Part shown: positions 21,201-33,074 of the stretch, one piece after another
How positions within the stretch are numbered: position 1 is the stretch's first letter
Layout: each line of letters starts with the position of its first letter
Origin: Amoebophrya sp. A120
Taxonomy: Eukaryota > Protista > Dinoflagellata
NCBI GenBank assembly: GCA_905178155.1
Contig: CAJINV010000004.1
Location: 10,771,655 to 10,835,654 of the forward strand
Direction: 5' to 3'
DNA: 64,000 bases
Notes under the pieces: model-generated
What the model saw: the letters and a program-made list of their open reading frames with translations, nothing else
Database searches by the model: none
Told to the model about the DNA's origin: nothing
Translations under genes and position numbers: made by a program

Positions 21201-24200
21201 CCGAATAAGTTGTTTTTGGAACTGGCTTCACAGCTTGGTAGCTACAAGGGCGGCCCGTCAACAACTTTACTTTGCGGCGAGAGCCTGCGAGGGGGCACTT
21301 AGCGGAATCGGGGCACCCCGGACAAGGCGAGGGGCTGTGGCGTCGGCGCCGCCCTTCAGCAGGTGGCAGCATTTGGTAAGAGTGCCTGAGGGCGGGCTCC
21401 CCTACTCGTGTTAGCGGGTCTAATTCGATAGCGGGATCTACATACCCGCCGGATAGTAGGTTAACGGCCGGGCTCTTATCGGTTTGCACGGAGACGGATA
21501 TGAGTGCGCTCAGGTCTGGCGTGGCGCTAGTTTCTTGGCCGGGGTTTGGTGTTCGAAGGGGCCGACGCCCTCAGAGTCAAACTCAAAGGCGCCAGTCTAC
21601 TACTCTGGGGGCCTAGGTATCAGGTGGGTCAGTAGCTTTTGGACCTGGGGGCGCGTCCCGCATCATCATATACGATGCCCCTCGGCGCATCATTTTCGAG
21701 TAAGTGACGGAAAGGACTAGACTTATATGGAAAGGGCTAGCAGATCCCTGGTAAGCTAATGCAAGGCGGCACGACTGGACCCGCATTCGAGGCGGGGGTC
21801 GTGCCATGGAAAATTTCTTTCGATCCCACCCACCCACCCGGTGCGCTGTTTCCTCGCGCCCACGCGGCTTTCGTGGTGACAGAGGATTCATTTTGGGAGG
21901 GGCCTTGAGGCATCCCAGTAGGCTGTCTCAGCGGTGAGGGACCGAGACGCCCTTGCCCTCTCTCCTCCGATCACGCCATAGGGCGTGTCGGGTGGTTGGT
22001 TCAGATTGATAGGACGATAGGAACGGAGCGAAATGGGACCAGGCGCATTCTCCAGCTGCACGTTCCAAAACAAACATGATAAAAGCAAGATTATGAACGT
22101 AAATCGCTGTTAATGGCAGATCAAAGCAGAATGGACCGATTCTGGTGGGCGAACAACAATTCTTATTCGAAGCAGAAGGCACGATTTACATCGTGAGTAA
22201 TCGCGATTACGTCGCGATTTGCAACAAGTTCAAATTCTTACTTTACATTTTTAGTGCTTTTGTACCACTCTAAAAAGCCTAAAGATTTTGATTCAAACAT
22301 TCACTTTTTGTCGCTGATGAAATGAAATCATTTTTTGCCGTAACTCTTCTTGCAAATTTTTTCAACCCATTTGTACTTTTCGGCTGCTGACTGTCCGACT
22401 TCTTCTTTGTATGCTGGCGACTCGGGATCCAGCTGCTTGTAACTCGCTCGCACTTCGTCTTTTTTCTTGATCAATTCCTTCAAACGGGGAATCTCGCTTT
22501 CCAACTTTTCCTTCAGCCGCCGCAGGTGTCTTCTTTTGTCTTCACCCACGCGCTGCCGATCTTCACCCAACTTTCCTGGTGGTCTCGGGTGGATCCGTTG
22601 CTGACGATGTAACTCACGCTGATACTTTCGTCTTTCTGGTTCTTTGTCTCTTCTTCTAACTGCTGAATTTGTTCCGCAATTGCTGTGGTGCTGAAACTCT
22701 CTTCGTTGGAAAGGTTCGCGTCGACGGTTAGTTTAGCAACTTCGCGAGCAAGATCTTCGACTTGCTGTTCGTCCTTTACCCGTTGTTCCTGGTCGTGGTC
22801 GACCGCTTCTTGCTTTCCAGCCTCACCGACGGAGAGAACTGGTCCACAAGCCGCAGTCTTGGGCTTGATGAAGACCCTTCCTCATAATTGGGACCAGGCG
22901 CATTCTCCAGCTGCACGTTCCAAAACAAACATGATAAAAGCAAGATGAAGATTATGAACGTAAATCGCTTTCTTAGCATTGTAATTGCGAACAGCACGTG
23001 GAGGTGGACGACGACGAGCAGTATTTTTTCACGGGATACCGCTACAAGGAGATTCTGAAAGACATCAGCACCATGATGGGTGGTTTTTCTGACATATGGA
23101 TTGCAGATATGTCTGGGTCTGGAAACTTGTAATGCTAAAAGTGAATGATAGAGGCACTGCCATACGCAGCTATGCATGACAAATCTTTTGGCTGCCATGT
23201 GCATGTCTTACGTATTCCGCATGACAAACTGCGTTTTTGCATGACAGGCAAGAGGGCCTTTTCGTGCCTATGCAACACAGATTCTCGAGTCATGCCAGAC
23301 AAGCATGACAAACTTGCAATCTTCCAGACCCAGCCAGTGGACATATTAGCACGTTTAATCTCTCTCTACATAGTGCATTCACGTAGTTCTCTTTTATTTT
23401 CTTTCTTCAAAAAGTTCAAGTCGTTCTCTTCCCCGTGCTGTACCAAGGTCTTGTTTCCAGACAAAACACCAGACATATTTGCAATCCATACGAAACTTCA
23501 GGCCTGTCGGCGCCGTATCAAAAGGAAAACTCTACCGCCTGGCGATACGCAATAGAGGGATTTTTTGATTGCAGAGTGCGACATATGCAAGTAAGAGTAC
23601 GTACTAGACTTGAAGAGGAGCCTTATCTTTTCTTGGTAGTGATGCAGTGTGTAAGTAGTCTGAGCCTCTGCAGCTGCAGCTTAGCCGGTAGTAGCTTCTA
23701 GCGCAGTAGCGTAGTCGTCCGGTCGTTGGTTCGGCACGCTAGACGCGCCTTCTGTAGGGTCTCGCAGTATTGGAAACCTCTTCTCGACGCACAGCACGAG
23801 AGAAAGCCACTCTAGCTCTGCCCGTTTTTTTGTATGCAGCGCAACCAGAAAGAGGACCGAAGAACAGCAGGGTTGTACATCTTGGTACGCAAATTTGTGA
23901 TGCACTTGCAAAAACATATAAGAGCGGGGTAACAAATTCTGACGAGTTGTGGCCTTCCCACTTCTCACCCGCCCGGCCGGGTGGGTGACTAGTGGGACGG
24001 AACCAGGATCCTGACCACGAGAACGGCGAAAAGCAAGATCCGGCCAGCTGGTCATCCGGCCAGCTGGTCAGGATCCTGGTTCCGTCCCACTAGTCACCCA
24101 CCCGGCCGGGTGGGTGAGAAGTGGGAAGGCCACAACTCGTCAGAATTTGTTACCCCGCTCTAATAAAATCCCTTGAGTACTACTACGTGTGCGATATAAT

Positions 24201-27200
24201 ATGAGGAAGGAGTTGTAGTTTTCCACGCCATACGCCGGGGCACACTTTCAGCAAGGCACAGCTGGCCACCGATGGAGGCGGTTGCTGGAAAATCGCCACG
24301 AAGGACCTGCGTGCCTTCTACCTAGAGGACGTGCCACCGCAATTTGGTGCGCAGCTGCAGGAGGCCTTTCGCAAATTCGCGAACGCTGCCTACGGTCCGG
24401 CAAGCCTGGTATCCAATTGAAAACGTCAAGGGTTGAAAACGTCTGCTCGGAGGACTTCGAATTCTTTCATATGGTCAGCAAGTTTCTAGCTTTGTATGAT
24501 ACGACTAGCAAATGCAACCAGAGTGAAGCAAAAAGATCTTCTTTGAATCTCCATCGCATCTTTTGACGTGGATAAGTATGCGCTTTTTATCTCTTGGCTC
24601 CTTTGAAATCTATCTGGTGGTGGTTTTCGTCCATTTATCAGTTACAGCAAGAACACGCCAGTAGGGTATAGACATCACATTTGTTGGAACTAGGCAAAAA
24701 TGTCCTGCAAACTTGAAAGAGCATGCCATGCGCATTCCCTCGTCCATGACTGAATTGGATTCACTTTTGCATGTAAGTCGATATAAATCGACCACTTGGA
24801 TGCAAGTACAACTTACAAATAAAATGTGAAGAGACCCCGCCGGCCGCGTTTTTCTGTGAGAGACGCATTTTGTTTTCACCAAGACGGACGAAGGGACAGA
24901 CGATTAAACCGCGTTTTCAATTTGATGTCTCTTCGCGTTCGCGCACTGCAACGGCGGCCTCGGCGCTACCGCCGGTTTATGAAGTGGAAAGAATTTAGCT
25001 CTCGCTCTGCCACAGTTCTATGTATGTTTTTCGTTTTTTCTTCCGGGATACGATCTCCAAGCGAAAGGTACTAAACTTGCTCACTGGGCGGGCAAGTTTT
25101 TTTTTTTCAGATTCGCTGACGCAGGGCAGGGAAGAAAACGAAAAAGAGATTGATGATTATTAATTTACCCACTGAGGTGGACGACGAGGGCAAGGTTTTT
25201 CCTAGGATTTGCGGGGACAAGTATCGGCGACGGGGCGACCAAGGATGGCTGGCATTTGTACGACCCCCTGGCGGAATATGGTATACTTTAGTTATAATTT
25301 TTTCAAAAGCAAATGCAAAGGTTAAGAAAGGTCCGGATCGATAATGGTCATTATTTTTTCTTTATCTTTTGCAGTACCTACTTAGCTCTAGCCAGCGATA
25401 AAGTAAGAATGTAATAAATTCCAGGTCGCATGTTATCCTCCGTGATATAATCGTCCCCACGACCACCACGACCCGCTGCAAATTAGGTACGAGGAAGATG
25501 AAAAAAACTCTGCTTGGCAAGAAGCTCTGTGAGTTAGCATGGTTTGTAGCGGCATATATAATATCAAATAAAGCTCGACTTGGCTTAGGCTTTCTTCTTT
25601 ACTCTGGTTTTCTAATGCTATGCAGGTCGGGTGTTGTCGTGGTAAGGTCGTTTTTTCACAGGATGCGTGGGCATCGATATGACGGAGGGGCCGGGCGACT
25701 CACCCTGGCGGCTGTATGCCCTGCAAAAGCAATACATACTTGATGCGGGCGGCTTTGGAGTGCCGGAATGGCATAAAAGAGAAAAGCAACCATGTATAGA
25801 GATCTGTCATTTTGCATTTCTTGTGGCTCATTCGAGCGAATCGCAAGAGGTCTGGAGGTTTTGCGAGAAGACAGAAATATGCATGCCCGAGGGGAATTTC
25901 TGGAAAGAAGCAGCAGGCTTTTACGCTCGCCAGTAGCGGCAGTTCTGCTTCTGCAGACCAAGACCGCGATAATTAAACTGGCTTCCAGCACGACCCAGCA
26001 TTCATCCATCGTGCCTTGCAGATCCAGATTCACCTTACGATGAGAATGAGAAACGTCAATATCATATCGCACGGCCAGTTCAGAAGGAGTATCCGCTATA
26101 ATCATAGCCCAGATTCTTCTACTTGAGTTTCTTTTACGTTTAACTGCAAACCCAATCAACATCCGGTATTGTGCTAATTTGCAATGTATCAAACGCAAAT
26201 AGGTGTGTTGGAAGAATGCAGATAATTGATACTTCTCATGGTGCAGGTTTTGAATCTGCCAAATAAAGGCCTGAAATGCACACATCAGAGCAGCACAAAT
26301 TCTACGGAGGCTTTGCCATGCGCTGTCTGCGTGAGAAGAAATGCCCCCTCCTGGAAGCAAAGAGCGCATTTCTTTTGCCGTGCCGGCTATGCAAGACAGA
26401 CTTTATTTGCCTATTCCAGAATCCGCCATCACAAGTTCGCATTCTTCCAAACCCAGAAATCTTTGCAATCCATACAATGCATAGGAGGTCGAGCGTGAAT
26501 AAGAGCTACCAGCTCTGCGAGAGCTACCCGCAATGGCTGGTGGTGCCCAAGTATCCTGTGCAAGAGTTCGATATCGTGCTCGCGGTACTCATCTGTGTCT
26601 GTCCGATGCAGCATCTTCACCGATTATTGCCTTTTTGCAAGAAGGTTAGGCTTGACAAGTCGCATTTTACTTATTAATTTGTTCTTCGATTCCGAGAATA
26701 GAAAGTTGTAGTAGAGCTGCCAGTTGTTTACGTTTAGTTGTTCTACGTAGCGAGAAAGCACTGCTCGATAAGTATTTCTTTTGCACTGCATACCACGCGA
26801 GTATCGGACCCGGTGCTGCTGGCGGTGAGTAACTACCGCAAGAAGAAGCGGATCCCCTCTCTGAGCTGGTGCGGGGTATTCAAGAAAAAAACATTGTAGG
26901 TGTAACTTTTTTGGAGGAACAGCATTACAAATTTGTCTGGCATGACAGCAGAAACATGTCATGCGCAGATAGTACGTGAAAACGCCCTGTAATGGACCCT
27001 ACGATGCATGCCAAGCATGACAGACGCAATCACTTTGCATGTTGCGCATCACAAATTTACACCAACAACGTTTTTTTCTTAGATACGGCGGCCCCGCGCT
27101 GCACTACGCCTGCGTGTTCCGCTCCTCGCAGCCATGCGACGGGCTTTGGGGCAACAGTTCCGAGGCGGACGAACGCCTCCTCCGGGAAATTGCGACGGGG

Positions 27201-30200
27201 AAACAGATATCCGCAGCAAAAGCAAAACTAACGTATTACTCATGGTGCGCCTCCACAATAAAGCTGCACAAGAAACTGAAACGAAGAAAGTAAGTAATTT
27301 AGATAAGTATTAGACTAGAAGAAAAAAATTAAAATTTCACAAAATTTTTACCGAGAAGACATGCCCCTGTCACAGAACAATATGGGCATGCAGGTGCATG
27401 AAACTGTAGACGATATCAGACCTGCAGACCCACTCATCTGCACGACTTTCTATGTGAGTACCTGTGCACAAACATGATATGGCTACCGTGTGTCTCCGCG
27501 CGTCGATGGTTTTGCGCTGGATAGCCAAATATCAAATGCAAATATGTCTGGGTCTGGAAGGATGCAAGGTTTGTCATGCACATTTTGCATGACTCCTGAT
27601 GTCTGTGATGCATGCCCTAGCATTAAATATTTCGTGAGGGCTTTCTGATGCCTAGACCGCATGAGAAATGCCCCCTCACCGTGGCAAAATCTGGACCGCT
27701 TTTGCTGCTCATGCAATACAGATTTTTGTAGAATCCAAATGCAGCATCACAAGTTGCATCCTTCCAGACCCAGACATATTTGCAATGCATACCAAATGGC
27801 CTCTCCAAGCCGCTCTTCGTCCTGGATCTTCGTACGCACAAATCCGCTTTGGGAAACAAGGCCGGGGGCGGCGGGTAAGAAACCATGAAGCAGCGAATAT
27901 TATTGCACTATATTCTTCTCTTCCTTGCGATCGCTTTACCTTTACTTCAAAGTACTTAATACGATGCCATGAAGTGTATTTTCGCACTAGGTTGATGCAC
28001 AAGTGAGTAAAAATCTTTCCGGTTTGTTGTTTGACAAGTACGCATTACATTTAGTATAGCTATAGCTATAGTCGTCTGGTTTAGAAGTCTCGACGACGGC
28101 ACTGGTGTAGTAACTTGTGATCGCTACAGGTATGAGGACTACTCCTTTTGTCAGCTGGAGTTCGCGTATCAGAGTGCCCAACTCCCCCTCCCTGTCCTTA
28201 TTTGTCGCGCAAACAGCGAATCCAGATCAAGTCTTTGCATTGTTCGCATGGCAGGCTCGGACCGCCAGAAGAGTGCTGCAACCTTGTGTAAATTCGTCTT
28301 GCAAATGCAAATAATAAACCTGCTCTCTTGCCGACGCTTGTTCCATTCCTGTGGATGCCCTTCTATAAATAAATCAGAGGGAGGGGCAGTTGTGCACTTC
28401 CATATCGAGGGGATTCCGAACATACACGCAGTCCGAGACTCCTACGAGGTACGCAAGGGAAAAAAAGTGTGTACTTAATGACCTATGTTGTACTCATGCC
28501 ATGGTCGGAGAACGTCGCGGACGTCGATGCACGATTCCCGGCCGATTTTCAGCCTATGCACATTGCATGAGAAACTGAAATTATGCAAATTTTTGATATG
28601 ATTTGCCAGATAGATGTGAAGGAAAAGATGTATTTGACGTGAAGGAGAAAATCGTGCTGCGAGCGTGGTGCCCCTGTCGCGCTGGGGAGAATATAATTGC
28701 AGTCTTTTTCTTCGAAGACGGTGTACGTAGCTGTATCTGTATGTTGCTCGGTACTGCTGCAAAAGTGCAGAGTTAATAGAGGATGAACACGCTTTTTTCC
28801 CTTTGGATACGAGAAAATGGAGAAAGCGGTGTGTCGCATCGCCTACAACCAAGCGGGTTCCTGTATCATATCGAATACACGGGATACAAAACAAGTTGCA
28901 GATGAATCGATGATGTAGAAGTACTATGTATGTGAACCTTTTTGATGCTTTTTGCTTTTGCTGCAGAAGATGCTATTGTCTCGGAATGATGATAGATTAT
29001 GTTTCTTTTTCGGTCTCTGCGGACGCCTTGCGGATCACGATATGCACTGCAAACATGTAGTCTGGGCCTTGTGATGTGATGAATGAGTGAATGTGGACTT
29101 GTTGTGCGCTTACTGCGAATGGTTTCACGAGAACCCGTAACGCATGAAGGAGATAATAAAAAGCCACGCCTCCGCCACAACAATTGTCATCATTTAAAAC
29201 ACAGCTTGTCGTGCTGACGCGCAATTCGACTAGCTTCTGTTCAATGGGATACACGTTTAGAATATCGTGATCGTCCCGCCGAAGTAGAAGTGGGTATTGG
29301 TATGCGATGGAGTTGTTCTCCCGCGCTCATCTCGCAGGAAGTACGTACTATACTGGGATTGCAAGAATAGATGAAAATGTCGAGCACTCCATTTCCAGAG
29401 GGCAACCCGACGAAGACATGTTTGTAGTGCATATCTGATTTCCATTTCCGTATGATACTCGGGTACACCGACGTGGGAAACAGCCTGTGGTTTGAGAATC
29501 TCAGCCTGATCCTGCAAGCGGCCGCGAACGTTGCGTGGAAAATGCGGCAGAACCGGGCCTGTCTGGTGCACTGCAGCGACGGCTGGGTATGCATCAAAAA
29601 TATTGTAGCTCCAAGTCTGGATTTCGCTGACCACTAGCGGAGGATCAAAAAAAACACGTGCCTAATTATTAATTTTTATTAGTACATGATTTGGATTCAT
29701 GTGACAACGCGCAGCATCATCGAAGCATCAATTATGATCGTTATGATCGTTGCATTTTTTCCATTAGCAGCAGGGGCACCTAGTGTAGTTGTCATGACGG
29801 AACACGTAAGTACGTTTACGTAGCCACGTGGCTAGGAGGGTTTCAAGTCGTTTACCGTGGCTTCCTGAAGACGTGAAGACTAAATATACCCTGAATATTA
29901 AAACGGTAACAAGCCCGATGAATGCGACACGGAAATACAAAAGACTTGAATTACACTGGAGAAAAACGCAACTTCGGCACATAAATCTATGCAACAAGCA
30001 CCATGAAAGAGCCTCCTCCAAACCTTGAATTATTGAGCGATGAATTAGAATTCCAGACCTGGAGGACATATTTACACCTGATACGGGGACCGCACCGCGC
30101 AAAACACGACGTTGGCCATGCTCAGTCTCGACCCATTTTACCGCACGATCGAAGGTATGTTATTTGCTTGTGTACCTATAGGTGGGACTGGGAGAAAATT

Positions 30201-31730
30201 TTTAGCATTCAAGAACTATTCCTGCAGGAACATCATCTCTCCTAGTACTTCTCTTATGCGATATGATCAAAAATCGAGGGACAGCTCTGGTACTGCACAC
30301 GGCCGCTCCTGCACTACCTCCGTAATTGAGAATGACCACCTTTGCTTTATTACCGGACTCCTCTGCTGCCTCACAACAGGTTTCTGCGTGCTGATTCAGA
30401 AGGAGTGGTGTTCGTACGGACACCAGTTTAAGACGCGGCTGGCGACCAGCCAAAAAGCGACGGGAGAATACTCGCCGGTCTTTTTTCAGTGGCTGGACTG
30501 TGTGTACCAATTCGCGGTCCTGCAGCACCCCGAGCGCTTCGAGTTCAACGAGCAGCTACTGTATCATCTGCAAATGTGCCTGCTGAGTCGGCGCGGAAAT
30601 AAAGATATAAGTGTATACTGAGTTGTGATGCTAATTTTTGCATAAAAGATGAGTGGTCACTTGTACGGTATTTTCCCACGATTTATTGCAAAGTTTTTAA
30701 GTAGTCGTGTTTCGGACGACAACGAAATGGGCTCCCTGCAGCACGACATCAAAAGAAATCGCTACTTCCCTCCATGCAACACAGTAGATCTTGTTGCCCT
30801 TCAAATCTGCATGACAAGTCCGGACGCAGACAAATTTCCAATGCATATGCTGCTAGACCTTACTACCTTTGCCGTTTCGAATCAGTTTGGCACCTTCGTA
30901 TTCAAGAAGAAATGCTGTGTCCGCGTAACTTAAAAAAACCCACAACATGTTGATAAATTTGCCTTGTTACATACTGCATGATGACAGCGACCAAGAAAGC
31001 GGCTTCTTTTCGGGCGTAGCTAGTACGCGTGGATGAAGACAGAGAAAACGAAATACTTAAGTAGAAACTACATTTGTGAAAAGAGGCTGCTAATGATGTG
31101 ATCTGGCATCACGAGAAATGAGAACAAAGTCACACGTCACCCACACAGCTTTTTTCTTTCGATACTTTCTGGCTGACAACGAGTCTGAGTGCTGCTCGCG
31201 GTACTTGACGAAAACGAAAAGCGTGTGGACGCACGTATCAACTGCAGAAATGTCCTGTGGGTTTCTTGGAGTATTTCGTATTATTTCATGCCAGCACTCT
31301 CGCCCGGTCTCCTACATCGTGAGAAACGGACTTCAGTACGCCACCAGACATGACAAAGTGAAATTTTTTGAAGGGTCTCTACACGCCCACAATGCACAAG
31401 CACCGTGAAAAACAGAAAGCGCATTTTTGCTTGACAAACTACATAGCACTGTTGGTTCGCTTCGTGCCACACAGGCGACTAGAAGTGCATCATTCGGAAT
31501 GCGCAACACACACTTACTGCCATACCGAGACCCACGCATTTTTGCAATGCATAGCAGGTTCTGGAGAACAAAACCCGCTACCGGAACCCGCGCTTCCGGG
31601 CGAAAATCTCGCCGCACGGCGTCAACATCGGGGAGGATGCCGGTGCTACTACGCCACCTTCGCTGATGGCCGCACCTCCCTCCGCAACAAGCCGCACCCT
31701 CTCTGTCACGATCGATTACTTGCCTATCCA
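15224..31730 (+). CDS. Myotubularin-family phosphoinositide 3-phosphatase, many exons (3' end uncertain)
   Basis: PH-GRAM pieces (LLAGEQI, LTVTNYRL, SIPWG, IATKDLR), LFAF, VNKSYQLCESYP, RIPSLSW, RSSQP, IPNIHAVRDS, catalytic VHCSDGW|DRTAQ, DPFYRTIEG|F, KEW, SPVFFQWLDCVYQ, FEFNE, FGTFL, YRNP. Confidence 0.92.
15416..15733. mobile_element. Old TIR intron element
   Basis: TATCATTTGTAAAAACGTC / GACGGTTTTGCATAGGATA; flanks GACAC/GGTGC; removal with 5 nt keeps the frame (AGH|QLFG). Confidence 0.65.
16451..16821. mobile_element. Diverged family A intron element
   Basis: TATGCA..GTCTGGG..GTCTGGAA / TTCCAGCCCCAGAC..GTGTATA; flanks AAACA/AAGCA; PSN|SSSDNF in frame. Confidence 0.7.
17271..17438. mobile_element. 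Old TIR intron element
   Basis: TATCCCAGGAAAAAGT / ACTTTTTTCTTTTCATA; removal with 5 nt joins in frame to ORF 17380..18000. Confidence 0.55.
18723..18986. mobile_element. Family A intron element
   Basis: TATGGATTGCAAAAATGTCTGGGTCTGGAA / TTCCAGACCCAGACATTTTTACACTTGATA; TSD GGACG. Confidence 0.95.
19059..19309. mobile_element. Family A intron element
   Basis: Same TIRs; TSD CTGGA. Confidence 0.95.
20454..22969. repeat. Composite intronic insertion with three direct-repeat copies (20454-20513, 22034-22108, 22868-22969)
   Basis: Shared core CATTCTCCAGCTGCACGTTCCAAAACAAACATGAT; includes a segment identical to 48489-48579 and an antisense coiled-coil ORF remnant. Confidence 0.8.
23095..23490. 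mobile_element. Family A intron element whose right TIR is split by an insertion of about 135 bp
   Basis: TATGGATTGCAGATATGTCTGGG; TTCCAGACCCAG[...]CCAGACATATTTGCAATCCATA; flanks TGACA/CGAAA. Confidence 0.85.
23922..24160. mobile_element. PIF/Harbinger-like (Tourist-type) MITE, nearly all foldback
   Basis: About 95-bp near-perfect TIRs GAGCGGGGTAACAAATTC...; TAA on both sides. Confidence 0.88.
24410..24927. mobile_element. Old TIR intron element
   Basis: TATCCAATTGAAAACG / CGTTTTCAATTTGATG; flanks CCTGG/TCTCT; joins ASL|FAFAH. Confidence 0.75.
26187..26474. mobile_element. Family A element nested in the right end of another intron
   Basis: TATCAAACGCAAATAG / TTCCAAACCCAGAAATCTTTGCAATCCATA; TSD CAATG; host end TTTGCAATG|CATA. 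Confidence 0.85.
26552..26792. mobile_element. Family D intron element
   Basis: TATCCTGTGCAAGAG / CTTTTGCACTGCATA; flanks CCAAG/CCACG; LVVPK|RVSD. Confidence 0.85.
26877..27085. mobile_element. Family E intron element
   Basis: TATTCAAGAAAAAAACATTGTAGGTGTAA / TTACACCAACAACGTTTTTTTCTTAGATA; flanks CGGGG/CGGCG. Confidence 0.88.
27530..27791. mobile_element. Family A intron element (opposite orientation to the 18723 copy)
   Basis: Family A TIRs; TSD CCAAA; interior is the reverse complement of the 18723 copy. Confidence 0.95.
29588..30083. mobile_element. Diverged family A-like intron element splitting the phosphatase P-loop
   Basis: TATGCA..AAATATTGT..CTCCAAGTCTGGA / TCCAGACCTGGAGGACATATTTACACCTGATA; flanks CTGGG/CGGGG; HCSDGW|DRT. 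Confidence 0.88.
30155..30379 (+). other. Canonical GT-AG intron
   Basis: GAAG|GTATGT...ACAACAG|GTTTC restores YRTIEGFCVL. Confidence 0.9.
30899..31164. mobile_element. Family E-like intron element following a micro-exon of about 12 nt (30886-30897)
   Basis: TATTCAAGAAGAAATGCTGTGT / ACACAGCTTTTTTCTTTCGATA; flanks CTTCG/CTTTC; FGTF|LADNE. Confidence 0.8.
31236..31553. mobile_element. Diverged family A intron element that now has GT...CAG boundaries
   Basis: TATCAACTGCAGAAATGT / CATTTTTGCAATGCATA; flanks GCACG/GCAGG; VWTH|VLENK. Confidence 0.85.
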
Positions 31731-33074
31731 GTTCTATCCCACAGAAAAGTTGCTAGTGCAGCACGACCTTATCCGTTCACGTATGAGTATGCTCAGACAA
31801 ACAGAAAAATGAAAGAGCATGCTAATGCTATCACCTCGTGCTGGAGCGGCCTAACCAGGACCATGCTCCTGTATTTATTCAGCATCTCCTCGGCAAAAAT
31901 GCTGACAGATCCACTTTTTGCTTGTTTTCAACAGCATGCGCGGAGGTCGTGCACGATCATGTTGGTGTGCTACTAGCTTTTTTCTGGGTGATAAATTCTC
32001 ACAGGCACGGCTGAAACTGTGGGAGAAATTCTGGCTACGGTATCACCCACACCTGTGGCTGATGGACCGCTCAACATGATGCAGTGGATAGGTATTTTTC
32101 GATCGGACCACCGGTCCGGTTTGGGCTGCATAATTCCTTTATATAATTGTTCGTAAAAAGGATGCGACGCAGGTAGAAGTACCTGTAGCAAGGACCGCAT
32201 TCTCTCTACCGAATTCTCCCGATACACCCGTAGCTATGTAGACTTTTTTAACAAAAAGAAAAAACTCAAATAAAGATAAAGATGAACGCAAGATTGATTT
32301 GGAACCCCGACAGACGAGACCTTTTAACAAGTATCGCAAAAAAAGACGACACAGACACTGGCATTGAAACTGCTCCCATTCTTAGATATGATGTTGGATC
32401 ATTCATAGCGCTTGGCTTGCCTACGTCCGACACGTCTGTCATGAAGAAGGATGCTCTGATGTTCTGAATTTCTTATATAAGATAAGCGAACAGCTGCATG
32501 ACGACCACGACTTTTGTAAAAGCGCGATCATCAATGGAAATCTTGACAAACGTCGTGTGCAGCATGTATCTTTTTGCGGATCGAAGTTCAACGCAGTTTT
32601 GGTTTTGCAGCTTTTTCTTTATAGATACAACTTTCAGCCTAGAAGACACATGTAGGAGCCGGTGTGTAGGTGAGTTGCAACCACTTACCACGTAGCGCAT
32701 TGAAGACCATTGGCCCGCCGTACTAATCGTTCTTGTGCAGAAAGAACATGAATTTCGATAGAGTTCCAGTTCTACAAACAAAAGCACCGAGCTCCGCAAT
32801 AACTTCTTGAAATGATGGACTACTTTTGCTGGCTTGTACTCACTCCTGGTGATCTACGCAGGATCACAACTGTATCAGGATCATCTCCATATCTCTTCTT
32901 TGTTAATGCCAGGTTTTACGCCATACCTTAAAAGAGTTTTCGCTTTGTTTATTAGAAAACCGCGGCGCACGAGATCTTCATTTTACTCAGATCGATTTGC
33001 TATATTCTAGTGCTACCTCTGAAAGACCTCTTTGACGTTTTTGTTTTGAATTAGAGACGCACGCATCCTTTAAC

